This document shows, in pieces, positions 10,776-23,974 of a DNA stretch of 64,000 nt. The stretch lies in the NCBI GenBank assembly GCA_965178125.1, contig OZ237747.1, positions 372,001 to 436,000 of the forward strand, in the 5' to 3' direction. Below the pieces are notes generated by a model, which was not told the origin of the DNA, searched no databases, and was given only the letters and a program-made list of their open reading frames with translations. The stretch comes from Bilabrum cf. latius. Taxonomy: Eukaryota. Made by a program: the position numbers and the translations under genes. Position 1 is the first letter of the stretch. Every line of letters starts with the position of its first letter.

Positions 10776-13700
10776 ATGAGCCAGGCGCCTCTGATGGTCT
10801 CTGCATCAGCTAGTTCTAGTGAAAGAAGTCAGCTTGGTTCATCAAATGCAGCATTGGCTACTACTGCTGGCGAAGTATGCACTAGACAAAGGAGAACTTC
10901 GTCCACTGCGTCATAGTTCAAGTCATCTGTGATCTCACCGGGCGTCTCCGGGGACGGGATGATCGACGACGGCTCGGCGCTGAAGCGAGCAACCGGCAGC
11001 ACCAGCGGCACGATCGGCCAGGCAGGGGCTATGCTTCCCGCCGCCCCCGAGGGAGTGTCTGCTCAAGACCACAAGATCGAGTTGGCAAGCTCTGCAGCAT
11101 CTTCGCCGGCAGCTACTGCGGCCTTGCAGGAGCCTTCCACGCCAGAACCCAGCAAGGCCGCGCAGACTAGCCTTGAAATCCTGCGGTCGCCCGCTGAGCA
11201 GCTCCAGATCAGCCTCGATGCGGCCAGGACCACAATTTTCGAGGGTGGCTCGCTCCAAAAGATCCCGTTTAACAAGCCGGGGTACATCCACGCGCGGCAG
11301 TTCCAGGTGGTCATCGACCAGCATTACCGCGCAGTTGCCGCCAAGCGGGAGCAGGACAGGCTCGCCGCCATGAGGGCGCATGGGTGGGCCAGCCAACAGG
11401 AGGTAGAGGCGGCATTGGGCCCGGCCAAGCGCAGGCGAGTGGCCCCTAGGAGGCGAGACAGGGCCATGGTGCGGGCCGATACAGCCATGACCGCTGGAAT
11501 CCAGCGCGGTGAAGGGGGCTGGGAGACTCTATCGCTGACCTGGAGGGAGCCGCCCAAGGCAGGCGCATCCTTGCTGCCATTCAGCTCGAGCGGCACGAGA
11601 TCTGTGTGTCTACTGCAGGCAAGAGAGGTCGTGCTGGGCCACAAGACCCCTGCATTCCGAAGCCAGAAGGCGCGAGGCAATGACAGAGTGCCGCCGCCAG
11701 AGCAATGCCTGAGTCTCATGTGCGGCGACCGCACAGTGGATCTCGCGGTGAGCTTGCGTCCAGACCCATGCCCGCCCCGATCCGATTCCAACCGCGTGTA
11801 CGCGTCTGCTCACTATTTTGCTGGTTTTGCTTGCTTCCCATCTTCATTCCGTATCGCAGTGTAACTCCAAGCTAGAGCGCGACCTGTGGGCGAGAGGCCT
11901 TGCGTGGGCAATCCGGGAAGCCAGATGCATAGCCTACTATGGGCTGCCTCCAGTGGAATCCAGCAGCAGCGAGGAGTCAGAGCCAGAGCATAGGTCCAGC
12001 AAGAGAAGAGGCAAGGGGGGAGCTAGGCGGGTCATGTACGACGAGGATGGGGCAAGCGAGGCGGGCTCTTCCAGCAGTGATGATGGTGGTGACAGCGCGG
12101 GTGCCCGAGCATCCGGTCGCAAGCAATCGTCCAAGCGTCGGTCCTCGGCTGACCCCGGTCGGGGTAGAAAGCACACTGCCTCAAGGGCTCTAGAAGACGG
12201 ATTCAGCGAAGACAGCGAAAGCAGCAGCGAAGGGGCATCACCGGTCGGTCGAAAATCCTCATCGCGTGGCCCTGGAAAGACTGGTCGATCGTCTGCGCGA
12301 GGGTCCAAAGCACGTCTAGGTTCCAGCAGCAGGCGCGACACATCGGGGGCACGGGGCTCCAGAGGTACTCCTGCAAAGACACCCCGTGCCCCTCGTCCTG
12401 CGAGAGCGGTGCGAGATGCGTGGTTCCGCGCGGTGCGTGGAGGCAGGACGGGCAAAGTCCTCCAGCTGCTCAAGCAGCACCCTGGTCTACGGGAAACCGA
12501 GGAGAAGAGAACGAAGGACACGGCCCTGCTGCTCGCGTGTCGACTCGGTGCGGTGGACATGGTGGAGGCCCTGGTGAAGCAGCGGGCCAAGTACGACCCT
12601 CACCCCCTGCACGGACACTCGGCCGTGCATGCCGCGGCAGCGTGCGGCAGGGCCGAGTGTCTCGCTGCACTTCTGGAGACTGCGAGCGCGAGCGGGGCGG
12701 CCGGCCGTCTAGTGGACTCGATGTGCCTGGACGATTTCGGGTGCACTGCGCTGCACATGGCGTGTTCCCTGGGGGATGACGAGTGCGTTCGGGTCCTGCT
12801 TCAGTTCGAGGCCAGCTGGAAGCGGGCCAACGACCTGGGGAGGACCGCCCTCCACGCTCTGTCGGGCGGATGCGAGCGATCCACGAGAGTCGGCATGCCA
12901 GACTGCTGGCGAGGCGAGGAAGAGACGTCTCGTGGCTCTGTGGCAGCGCGCCGGTCGCTGGAGCTGGAAGCTGCTGGTATGGCCCCCTCAGGCAGCAGCG
13001 CAGTCCGGAGCATGGCAGCCCGCATCCCTGCCGAAGGCATGCCTCCACTCTCCCGCAGGCCAGCTCGCTACTCTGAGTGTCTCGAAGCCATATGGAAACA
13101 CACGCTCGCAGAAGCAATCGCGGAATCTGGCGTGGAGATGCAGTCGGGGGGGAGTGAGATGTCACAGACCCACCGCACGGAGCTTGCTGCAGCAGTGGCG
13201 CTGGGCCGAGATACGATCCGCAAAGAGCTTTCGCGCGGTGACGCCTTCGGAAGGACCCCTCTCCACTGGGCGGCAGCTCGCGGCATGAAGGGCCTAGTCG
13301 AGCTCATGCTGCGGATGAAGGCCTCTGCCATGCTGCTGGACGCGGGTGGTCGCTTGCCCAGTGCGATGGCGAGGGAGCAGGGGCACTCCGCGATCGAGAG
13401 ATTGCTTGCAAGCGCCGAGAGGGCGGCAGCAGCAGAGGGTGACCGGCAAGGTTACGCAAGCATCTGGAGCTAGGAGGAAGACGCCGCTGCAGTCGACAGT
13501 TCATCGAGGGAACCGTTCGACAACCTTGGTGCCGCAGGAGTTGGTCGAGCCCTTACTCCACGAGATGCGTCTTCCCTAGCTGGTGCTAGCAGTACAGTAG
13601 TTGGAGCGAAGTAGGCAGGAGTGGGAGCGGCGCAGGATTGGGGCCCGAGTACCGCTGCAGTCGCGCACACGGCCTCAGCCGCACCTCCGGTACCCGTACA

Positions 13701-16700
13701 CCAAGGCAGCTAGCAGTATGGTAGCTGGGCGGGGCAGCAGACGTACGGTGGGCAGTATGCCGGATATGATGCAAGCGGGCAATACATCCCGCAAGCTGGC
13801 TACCAGCAGTCATACGGTGGGTATTCGGGCACGCAAGCGTAGTACGGTACCGAAGGCCACCAGGGCATGAGCAGTCAGCAGTAGGCAGGCGAATACTCGT
13901 ACTACTACGACATGGCACAGGCGGCTGCCTTGCAGGCCGCTGAGGCACGAGCCGAAGAGTTTCGCCAGCAAGGCTTGAAGGCAGCCGTGTGGGTGCTCAT
14001 GTACGGCCCGGATGAAACCGGGACCATCCATCCGTACTACATGAACGCTGCCACAGGTGAGACATAGTGGGAGAGTCCTTACGAGCAGCCGGGTGGGAGC
14101 GCCGGGCAGGAGGTGTACACGGCAGAGGAGGTTGCGCATGGCTCGCTGCAGGCCGGGGACATGTCTGCATTCTTGCGTGCAGGGTACTCATTGGAAGAGG
14201 CAAACTATGCAGCGAGACAAGTGTCCTACCAGTATCCTGCAAATGCAGCGTCTGCCTAGTATCCAACGGGTACATCCCATGGGGCTTCCAGTCATGCCGC
14301 GAAGGTGCAACAGGCGTAGGGCGTTGCCACTCACCATCACAGTGCAGTGGCATTGCAACCTGCAGATGCTAGTGGTGGCAGAGCACCGCCAAAAATTAGC
14401 GTATAGCACGGTACAGAGTCCACAGCAGGTGCAGCGGGCCCGCAAACTCCGCCTTCAGACATAGACGACGATGACCAGTAGAGCGCGCCGGGCGTGCCGA
14501 ATGTGGGTGCAGCTGCAGCACCGAACCACGGATCCAGCCAACCGTTGCCTCCACCACAGGCTTCTTCTCAAATAGATGTGGGCAAAGTCAATTCGTCTAC
14601 CGGGGGGCACACCATCGATGAAGCAGCCAATGCGCCTGCCGTCCATCGCACAGCGCCAGGCACGGCTGGGTCAACAACGCCAAAGTCGGCGGCACTGCCG
14701 GCACATTCAGGTCAGCAGCAGCCGGTCGGTGCTGCAGAAGCAGGTGCCTCTCCGCCCCCTCCACCGCCTCCGCAGGGAAAGCAGAAACTGCCGAAGCCGA
14801 TGTCCCCATCCCCAATGAAGCCGTCTGCAGTCCGGGCGCGAACGGTTTATGGGCCGGCTGCGGAGTAGGAAACAGAATCATCGCGATCCCGCCCGTTGCC
14901 CCCATCGAGCATATCGGCCCAAGCGATGCAGGCTTCCGGAACCTTAGTCGATCCAAAGCCTAGCAAGGTTGAGCAGCAGGCCTCCAGCACGCCTGGGAAG
15001 CAGTCTTCAGACGTGCAATCAGTTCAGTCCCCGCCACCCACCATGGATGCCACGTGCATCAAGTACGCCAGAGTGAAGAGAATGGGCGTACCTCTTGCAG
15101 AGGTTCGCAAGCGCATGCAAATTGAAGCTGTCCCTGTGCAGGAGCAGCTGCGGATCCTCTGCTCGATTGCCACTGTCAAGGAATTGGAGGCTGCCGGGAT
15201 TCGCATCGGAGAGATCGCGGCCGGTGCTGCAGGATCAGCCTCGAGCAGCAAGCACGCCCAGGCCTAGGCAGCCTCAACACACTAGGCGCACGTTGTGGCA
15301 GCACCAGGTAGACCGGGACGACCAGGAAGGCCCGGACGGCCGGGTCGGCCATCTGCGAGCAGACCTGACCGTCCCACCGCAGGCCCGGTCCCTGGCCAAG
15401 CCGCTGCACGGCCAGCTGTACAGCCACCCAGGCCGGGCCCCGCAGCTGCCAGACCACGACCGGGGCCCCGCACACGTCCAGGTCCGAGACCTGGCCCGGG
15501 AGCGGCTAGGCCGGGCCCGAGGCCTGGACCACGGGCAGGCCCGGGCGCTCGCCCAAGGCCACGGCCACGGCCCCGGCCACGACCAAGGCCCCGCGCAGGT
15601 GGCGGTCGCCCCCGGCCGCGGGCGGGTCCCAGAACTGGGCCGACACCCGAGCAAGCCGCGGCCGCGCAGCGCCGCTCACGGTTGAAAACCCTCAAGCTGC
15701 ACTGGGACGTTCTTCCAGCGCATCGCTTGGCGAACAGCGTGTGGGCCGGAGATGTTGCCGAGGTGGGCCAGCAGGGCGTAGACGCGCTCGAGGAGGACGA
15801 AGTGCAGGCGCTTGCCTCCATGTTCAGCGCCAAACCCGCCGCGAAACCAAAGAAGAAGCGTCGCGCATCCCAGCGCAAGCCCAAAGCAGACGGCGCAGAG
15901 AGCGGCACGGACGCGGGCGGCTCTGGGTCCGAGTCCACCGGTCCCAAGCCAGGCTCTGTGGCCATGCTCGACCACAAGACTGCCAACAATTTGTCGATTG
16001 CTCTGTCTCAGTACAGGCGATTGGGCCCGCCCCAGAACATCATGAGGGCCGTGTGTCGCTCGGTTAAGGATGGCTCGTCGCCGGAGTCGAGAGACCCCGA
16101 GGATGACCCACTGGCGGCGCCTGCGCCTGGATCCAATGGCGCTGCGTCTGGTGCTGGCGCTGCTCCCGGCATCGCCTCCGAGGGCTCCATCTGCGAGCTG
16201 ACCTCGGAGCGACTGCAGAACCTGCTGGACAACATGCCCACACCGGAGGAGGCCGCAGGGTGCGGCGCGTACCCCGGCAACCCGCGCGACCTCCGGGGGC
16301 CCGAGAGGTTCTACTGGGCCGTGAGTCGGACTCCCAGGGCTAGAAGGAAGGTGGAGTGCGCCATGCTGACGAGACAGTTCCCCAATCTTGTGGCCAACGC
16401 AGAGAATCAGCTAGACGGAGTTGCGTAGGCGCATCGTGCTGTGAGTGGGAGTGATGCATTGCGGTAGGTCCTCAAGGCTGTGCTAGCCGTGGGAAACGCC
16501 ATGAATGAAGGGACGAGCAAAGGTGGTGCCAGCGGGTGCACGCTCGACTCTCTGCTGCGGCTAAGCTCAACCAAGGCGAGGGACAAGAAGACCACACTGC
16601 TCGACTACGTGTCCGAGGTGCTGGCAAGGCGGGTGAGGCGGAGGGGCAGCTCGAGAGACCTCATCCTGGGCACTGGGTCAGACAAGGAAGGAGACGCCGG

Positions 16701-17337
16701 AGAAACGACATCCACGGATGGCACGACTGGGAAGGCGGGTGCTGACGACACTGGATTCAGCTACGAGGGATTCTCGGAGCAGCTCGTGGCAGACATGAAG
16801 CCGGTCTCGGATGCGAGGCGGATCGTCCTGGGAGAGGCCGTGGCAGAAGTGAAGCGGCTGGTTCGTGGAGTCGAAGCTGCCAAGGCAGAAGTCGAAGCGC
16901 TCGAGAAAGAACAGGCTTAGGGTCGGGCAGCGCCAGGCGCAGTGGCCGTCGCCCCCTCTGCTCCGCTTGAGCCAGAAGACACCAGGGTGATGCTGCAGGG
17001 GCTTCGCGCATTCCTTACCACCGCTGGCCCGAAGGCAGAGCAGCTCAAGAAAGCGATGGAGGATGCTGAAGGCGCCGGCAAAGGTCTGGCTGATTTCTTC
17101 GGCGAGGACAGTGCTAAAGTGGGTCCGGATGAAGTGTGCACAATGCTGCAGACATTTGTGGATGCGTTCAGGGATGCTTCAAGGAAGGCCGCAAGCAGGT
17201 TAAGAGCGGGTGAGCATGGAACTGGGGCCTCCAAAGACAAGGGTGGGGCCGGTGCCGCGAAAGGTGGTGCTGACCGGGACCGCCGCAGGTCCACGAGAGG
17301 CCCGGCTGCCCTGCCACCCCGACTGCCGGGCACTTGA
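10776..17337 (+). CDS. Multidomain formin (~2149 aa): PH-like domain, ankyrin repeats, WW, Arg/Pro-rich FH1-like region, FH2
   Basis: Intron 11748..11859 joins DRTVDLA|CNSKLERDLWARGL (PH end). Ankyrin motifs TALHMAC and GRTPLHWAA. WW YYMNAATGET*WESP. FH2 motifs LKTLKLHW and VLAVGNAMNEGTSKGGASGCTLDSLLRLSSTKARDKKTTLLDYV. Exon 2 is a single frame interrupted only by TAG. Ends in TGA. Confidence 0.88.
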
Positions 17338-17472
17338 CGTCTTGACGCGGTGTGAAGATGGTGTAGCGCTTCCGGATCTATCCGCGTTTTGTGAGCATCG
17401 CTGCGCAGATCATTCATTGTCGTAGGTACGTTTTGCGTTTGTTCAACCGGGTGCAATACCTGAGGTTCCGTC

Positions 17473-20400
17473 TCATCGTCTCCGACGCACAGTCGATGCC
17501 CCCCTCCTCGCCGATGCCGATGCAGCGCGAGGGTCCAGAGGCTGCGCGCCAGAGCGCATCGCACCAAGCAGCTTGCTCTAGAGAGACTTACCCTTCCCGC
17601 GCCGATGCTAAGCGCCACCCTTGCCACGGCCGGCATTTTCGAAGTCTTCGTCCTCCTCGTCAAAATCATCAAGTCCTCCCGCCCCGGCACGTCCAGCCCG
17701 ACGAGTACTCGCGACAGCCCCAAGCTCCTCGACTTCGTCTTCGTCCTCATCGCTGTCAATATCAAGAGAGCCGCCCCGCTTCCCAGCCCCGGTTGCGGAT
17801 CCCAGCTGCATCACTTCGTCGTCGGCCATGTCCTCATCTTCCATCGCGTCGTCCTCGTCGTCCTCGTCGTCCATGACACCAAGGGTAGTAGCTCTTGCTG
17901 CCTCATCCATCGCAGCCACTACATCACCGCCGGTGCTTCGTGTGCTCTTTCCTTTCCTGAGATACCGTTGGGGCAAACCTGCTCCGAACAGCTGTTTCGA
18001 TGACCCTCCGGCATTGGTCTTTCGGCCCAGGAGGCCAACGGCTGGCTGCTTGGACTTCCCACGGCCGCGACCGGTCGCACCGTTCGGAGCCTCGATGGCA
18101 GCCTGGAAGAGATCGTCTGCCTCCATTTCCTCCTCCTTCTCAATTGCATCTACCTCGGCTTCCTGGTGCGTTGGAGCCACCAAGTCGTCGTCCATGTCAT
18201 CGAAGCCGTCAAAATCATCGTCGTTCGTGTCGCCTCCTAGAATCATACGCTTAGCCAGCTCGGCCTCTCGATTGGCTGCCCCACCGCGGCTGCCTTGCGC
18301 TGCATTCACCGTGGAGCCCTTTGACTGACGCTCGACCCTGCGCCGCTTACGGGAGGCCTGCGCATCCAGGAACTCAGTCGCATCAGCGACTGCGCCTGAA
18401 GCCGTCGTCACGATCGCAATAATGGGGGTGCCAGCGGGTGCCTGATTGGATCCTACACTCGGGGCAACTCCGCGCGGAACGAATGCCTTGAAGTTCCTGC
18501 AGCCATCGTCCAGCTGGGCCCCTGGCCTAACCCATGTAAGGCTGGACTTGCCCCCGGGAGGATAGTCCCCGTTGTGTCCAGTCGCGCTGTCCTCATCGGC
18601 CGCAATATCTCCGGACTCCTGTCGCAGACGACCAGTCCCCCAGTAGTACAGCTCCATGCCTTGCGGTGGCGGGGGGGCTAGCTGCACCGACAGAGGGACA
18701 GGGACCTCCATAATTGATTCGCTAGGATCGGTCGATGCTCGCGTTGGTGTGCTGTCGGCAGCATCACCGTCCTTTCGACTCATCAGCATGTCGACATCAG
18801 TCGCGACCAAAGGGCCTCGCCACGCACCAGACTAGCCACCTTCTTCGTCTTCATCACCCTCCGTACTTTCCTGAGCGTCGCTGAATCCTAAGATGTCATC
18901 ATCTACGACTATCCTGCTCGCTGCTGCTTTGTTCCGCCTGCGACGGGACTGCGCGCCGCCAGCCTGCTCTACCGTCTGCTGGTCCTACGCCTCTTCTTTT
19001 TCCTTGGCGTCGGCCTCGGCCTGCTTGGCTTCCTGCTCCTTCTTGGCCTCTTCCAGGAAATCATCCAAGAGAACCACAGCGTCTGCCCCACGTTTGTCCC
19101 GCCCATTCGCCAGCACCCAACCGCCAAGTGCGTCGGCGGCGGTTGCAACTGGGCTGGTAGATCGTGCCACCCGCGGCGATTCTGGCGGTGACATCTCGCG
19201 ATTGTCCGGGTCAACCTCTGAGCGCTTGCGCTTCCGCCCTCGGTGGGCTGTGGGAGGGCTGGTCGCCGCAATAGCTCCGCCGGCATGAGCACTGTTCGAT
19301 CTAGCGGCTGCGGGGTCCGGCTTGCCTAGAGGAGGCGAGGCGGCTGAGTCTGGCAGGTCGTCATTCTTCTGATCGGCAGGGCTGTCAGAGCCATTGGCGC
19401 TATCTCCTATGCTTTGCTTCCCTTTCCCGTCAGGTGAGAGGCGTCGCTCCTAGCTAGTCTGACTCTGTGCTGCGGGCGAGGCCGCTGCTTTCAAATTCAG
19501 GTGCTGTGGGGATGCATCGGACTGCCCCTTTCCTGAAGCTGGCTTGTCGCTGCGTTGGTGCTGCTGGTCATGGTGCTTGCTAGAATTGGACCGCCTGGGC
19601 ACTGCCTCCACATCTGCTGAAGGTGAGGCAGGCTTGCTGCCTGCGTGTGCGTGCACGAGCTCCAGGTCCTGTCCCTGATCCGTGGCAGTCCCCTCTGACG
19701 TGCTGCTGCTGCTCCCAGGAAATGCATCTGCAGCGTCGTTGGGCCGCTACTGTTCCTTTCCTGCGGCACTGGATGCTTTCGCTGGCAGTTGCCCGCTAGC
19801 GTCGTGCTACTCAAGTGCGCCCATCGATCCAGTCGCACTCTCGGTGCCCATGCGCACGCCAGACGACGAGCCTGGACCGCTCAAGCTGGAGCTGGCACCG
19901 TGGCTGCCTCTCGGTCTGGAGTTATCGATCCCATCGTCCATTCCAAACAACACCTATGTCTGCAGCTGGCTGTCAGCCTGCACCGATTGCGACTCGCTGG
20001 CTGACCCCGTACCAATACCGGCCGGTGCACCCGACGCCCCCACCGGCAAGCCCGTCTCTCTATCAACACCCTTTGAAGTCCGGCCCACACCCTCGGCAGC
20101 ATCTGCTTGCACGCGAGCGGCCTTCTGCTACTTCTTGAGCATTCGTTTCCTCTGCATCTCGATCAGCTCTTCGCCCAAGCGCTTGCACATCGCAATGCAT
20201 CGCGCCACCGCAATCTCACGCCCCAAAGGGACGTCCATCTTGGAGAGCTCTTTTGCCCTGGCCTGAGCCAGCTGAACCCCATCTGCGCCAGAGTCCAGGC
20301 GGGCATGGGGTATCATGATCATCGCTCCGGCGTGCTACGCCGTTAGCGACCGCAAATCTGGGTGGGATCGCCCGAGAGCGCCTGCACCCGAAGCAGCCCC

Positions 20401-21680
20401 CGCAGATGAAGAGGACGCTTTCGATGAGGCGGTGGGAGCATCGGCTGCTTCACGCAGCAGCTGCACCGCAGACACCCTCCGGATCGCTTCTGCCTTTGCC
20501 TCCCCGTATGCCCGCTCGCTGGCCTAGGAGAGCACCACCACCTTGCACCCCGCCGCAGCTAGAAGGTCTTGTCTGGGCTTGCTCAGCGGCTGGAGCACAA
20601 ACACGGTCTCCCCTCTCAGTAGGTCTGCTCGGCGCGAGTCCACTCCGAGCTGAAGGGTTCCCTTCGGCGCTGTCGCCAGGATGTGCTCGCTGGCTGCAGC
20701 TGGCAGCAGAGGCGGTGTGGAGATGGACCGGCCGGGCGCACACAGTGCGTCAAGAAAGGTGTTTCGCAGCACGGGGCGGCCCTCCACCAAGCACGTGAGA
20801 AGCTTTGGCGGGGCCGCGTCACCAGTCTGGCTGGGTGGCCACAGCATGGCCTCGGAAATGGCGGGTCTCCAGTCCCTCTCGAGAACCACGCCAGATGCCA
20901 GGCACCGCTCCAGCAACTTGTCGACCTCCGGTCTGCTCGTCGGCAGCCTCAGAATGCACAGCCGGTAATCCACTTTGGCGATGCTGCAGCGGATAGACAT
21001 TCTAGAGAAGGCTATGTGTGCTCGTAAGCGAGTGGAACGGAAGTAGTTTCATCATTTAGACCGAGGGTACTCGGCTTCTCTGCATGGCAACGTAATGGAA
21101 TGATCCACTCACCTGAGCACTGCTGGCGGGACCCCATTACCGTCCAAGCTGCCAAAGCCGCAGTGGTTACACTGATTTCTAGGATTAAAATCGGCTGCAA
21201 CAGCTTCTCGAAAGGTTGTACTGCCATGGCTGGCCAACTTTAAGCTGGTCCCGCGCTCGACGTGCTCCCAACTGGTTGTACTGCCATTCTGGATCCTTAT
21301 CCACGTCTGCAATGCTCCACATACACACATAACATCTATTTAATTCTCAACGTCGGGAAGAACCAGTTAAAGTAGAGTAATCCGCTCACCGAAGCAGATC
21401 CAATGGCGTGCAAATCTGCCGCACCATCGAGGGAGAAAGATAGACGGGCTTGCTTCCTTGAGAACGCGGTGGAACCAAGATTTATATCTGCACAAAATTA
21501 CATGATATGAGAGTGAAGGATTGTTGTTGAATTCCCCCATACTTATATGAAATTTCGAACCAAGCGGCATATCTCACCAGCTCCTTTTCTCCCGATCTAA
21601 ACGGTTCCAGGTCTGAGCCAAAACGTCTCTCGTGATGCTCCATTCCCTGAGAAGCTCAAATCGGCTCGGTAAAGTGACAT
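17473..21680 (-). CDS. NBS1: Nibrin/NBS1-like DNA-damage protein (FHA, BRCT, Mre11-binding motif)
   Basis: Spliced N-terminus MSLYRADL..TV*IGRKGA|DINLGSTAFSRKQA (FHA GR and SR motifs). BRCT-like KLLTCLVEGRPVL..FL and RADLLRGETVFVL. RNFKAF at ~18481-18498 matches the KNFKxF motif. Three 5' introns. ORFs 20524, 20128, 19450, 18985 and 17608 share one frame, joined by TAG. Ends in TGA. Confidence 0.75.
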
Positions 21681-21831
21681 TCAAGGCAAAATGTGGTCAG
21701 AACTGTTCGACTGGGTACTTGCTCGTGCAGATGTTGATCTGCAGTGCAATAAATTTATTGTGACGTGCAGTTAATGAAATCACGGTATCTCTTCTTTCGG
21801 CAACTCAAAGCCACCACACCGCTCAATCCAA

Positions 21832-23700
21832 ATGATCAACTCTTTGTCGTTGCTTGTTGGCCTAACGGTATTGGCTGCCGCTGATCCATCCGTGGTTCAT
21901 GTCAAGAACGGGGACATCCAGGGTACCGTGACGGACTTGGCTCGGGTGTTTCGCGGGATCCCGTATGCAAGCCCTCCGGTTGAAGCGAACCGCTGGAAGT
22001 CGCCGCTGCCTGCTGCACCGTGGGCCCCCAAAGTACTCAGCGCCCTCGAGGATGGAGCTGCATGTCCGCAGGTGAGTGCGTCGCCCATAGCGGCGATTCT
22101 TGGGCGGTTGCATCAGCTTGCTGCCAGCTCCGGCGCACTTGCTGTTCAACAGACCCAGACATTTTCTAATTTCTCTCGCAGGCATGTGCCTTGCCGCCGC
22201 ACGCGTGCCCTACTAAGATCTCGGAGGACTGCCTATTCCTCAACGTATTCACGCCGACCGATGCCGAGGCGGGCAAGACCAAATACCCCGTTATGATGTT
22301 CATCCACGGTAAGAAAGTCATTTTGTGTCAGTTGCGAAGCCAAAGCTGGTTTATTTTGCTGCGCGGCGACTCTGTGACACGGTTCCTAGATTCGTTCCCG
22401 AACCGCAGGCGGCAACTTCAAGCAGGGGTACGGCGGCGGCCCGCTTTACGACGCGAGCAACATGGTGAAGCGCACCGGGGTTATCGTGGTAGCCATCAAC
22501 TACAGGCTGGGCGCGCTCGGCTGGGCCTACACGAGCAACGCCGACGGCGGGATCCGCGGCAGCTACGGCCTCGAGGACCAGCGGCTCGCCATGGCTTGGA
22601 TCAAGGACAACATCGCGGCCTTCGGAGGCAACCCCGAGGGCCTCACCCTGTTCGGACAGAGCGCCGGCGCGTCCTCCATCGCGGCCCACATGATCGCTCC
22701 CGCCTCGGAGCCTCTCTTCGCCAAGGCGATCATGGAGAGCGACCCGACCTCCAACCCCTTCAGGAGCGCCGCCGAGCAGATCGACCTCTCCTCCGCCATG
22801 GCCACATATGCAAACTGCACGGACACAAAGGCACCTGGCGTGGACGAGTGCCTGCGCGCCCTGACCGCGGATCAGATCGTGGATGCACAGGCGCAGGCGG
22901 AGAAGGACATCCTGGCCTCCGTGGCACACCTCCTCGAGATCTTCCTCCCGTGGACTCCCACGTTCGACCCCACCGGGGCCACGCCTGCTTCGGTCCCTGC
23001 GCAGCCCGTGAACGCATTCGCGGCCGGCAAGGCCCAGAACAAGCCCCTGATCATCGGCAACGTGCAGAATGAGGCGCTGGTGTTCATCTTCGAGGCCTTC
23101 ACCAAGCCGGCCGACTCGCTCGAGTACTACGCACTGCTGGCCGCCATCTACGGGATTGATGACGCCCTCAAGATCGCGGAGAAGTATCCCCTGCCCGACT
23201 CGGAGAAGAACGACGTGAGGCACCACCTGTCCGACATCGGGACGTACAGCATTTTCGTGTGCCCGTCCAGGTACGCCATCGCGCACAGCCAGGCAGCGGG
23301 CACCCGTACGGCCCCGTCTTTCCTGTATCGTTTCGACCACAAGATGTCCTTCAGCAAGCAGGGGTGGGGCCCCAACTTCTCGGCGTGCTACGACTACGTG
23401 TGCCACGGTGGCGAGCTCCCGTTCGTGTTCAACTCCCCCGAGATCCCCAAGTTCAACATCACGTTCACCCCGGGCGAGGTGACCATGTCCAACTCGATCC
23501 AGGACTACTGGAGCTCCTTCGCCAAGTTCAGCGACCCCAGCGGAGCTGCTGTGCGACCCGATTTGCCCCAGTGGTCGGCCTACAACTCGACCACCAAGGC
23601 TAGCCTTCGGTTCCTGACGCCGACAGACGTGCCGCAGATGCAGAACCTCACGTCGGAGTGCGACTGGTGGGACACAGAGGTGGGCTACAACTTCGCCTGA
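21832..23700 (+). CDS. Secreted type-B carboxylesterase/cholinesterase-like hydrolase
   Basis: Motifs FRGIPYASPP, SEDCLFLNVFTP, FIHGG, NYRLGALG, FGGNP, FGQSAG and CHGGEL. Introns ~22072..22181 and ~22308..22408. No in-frame TAG seen. Ends in TGA. Confidence 0.93.
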
Positions 23701-23974
23701 GCTTGAGTTAAGTAGTAGACTCTCTATGTGAAGACGTGCAATACACACCAGGCGCATGCTGTCGGGCTCTGGCTCGTGCAGCCAGGTGCTCGTGCAGGCC
23801 AAGATTCCCTCCATCATTCCGGAGAGTGTTTGCCTGTGCAATGAGTGCCTTGCTGTGCGCTGACCCGGCTGTGGAAAACCCCGTGATTGGGCACATCTGG
23901 ATTGTTCTTTGTGTGTTTGAGTTCAATCGTTGAGCTTCAATGACTGCAGCAATCCGCAGGCAATCTGACCAGAT

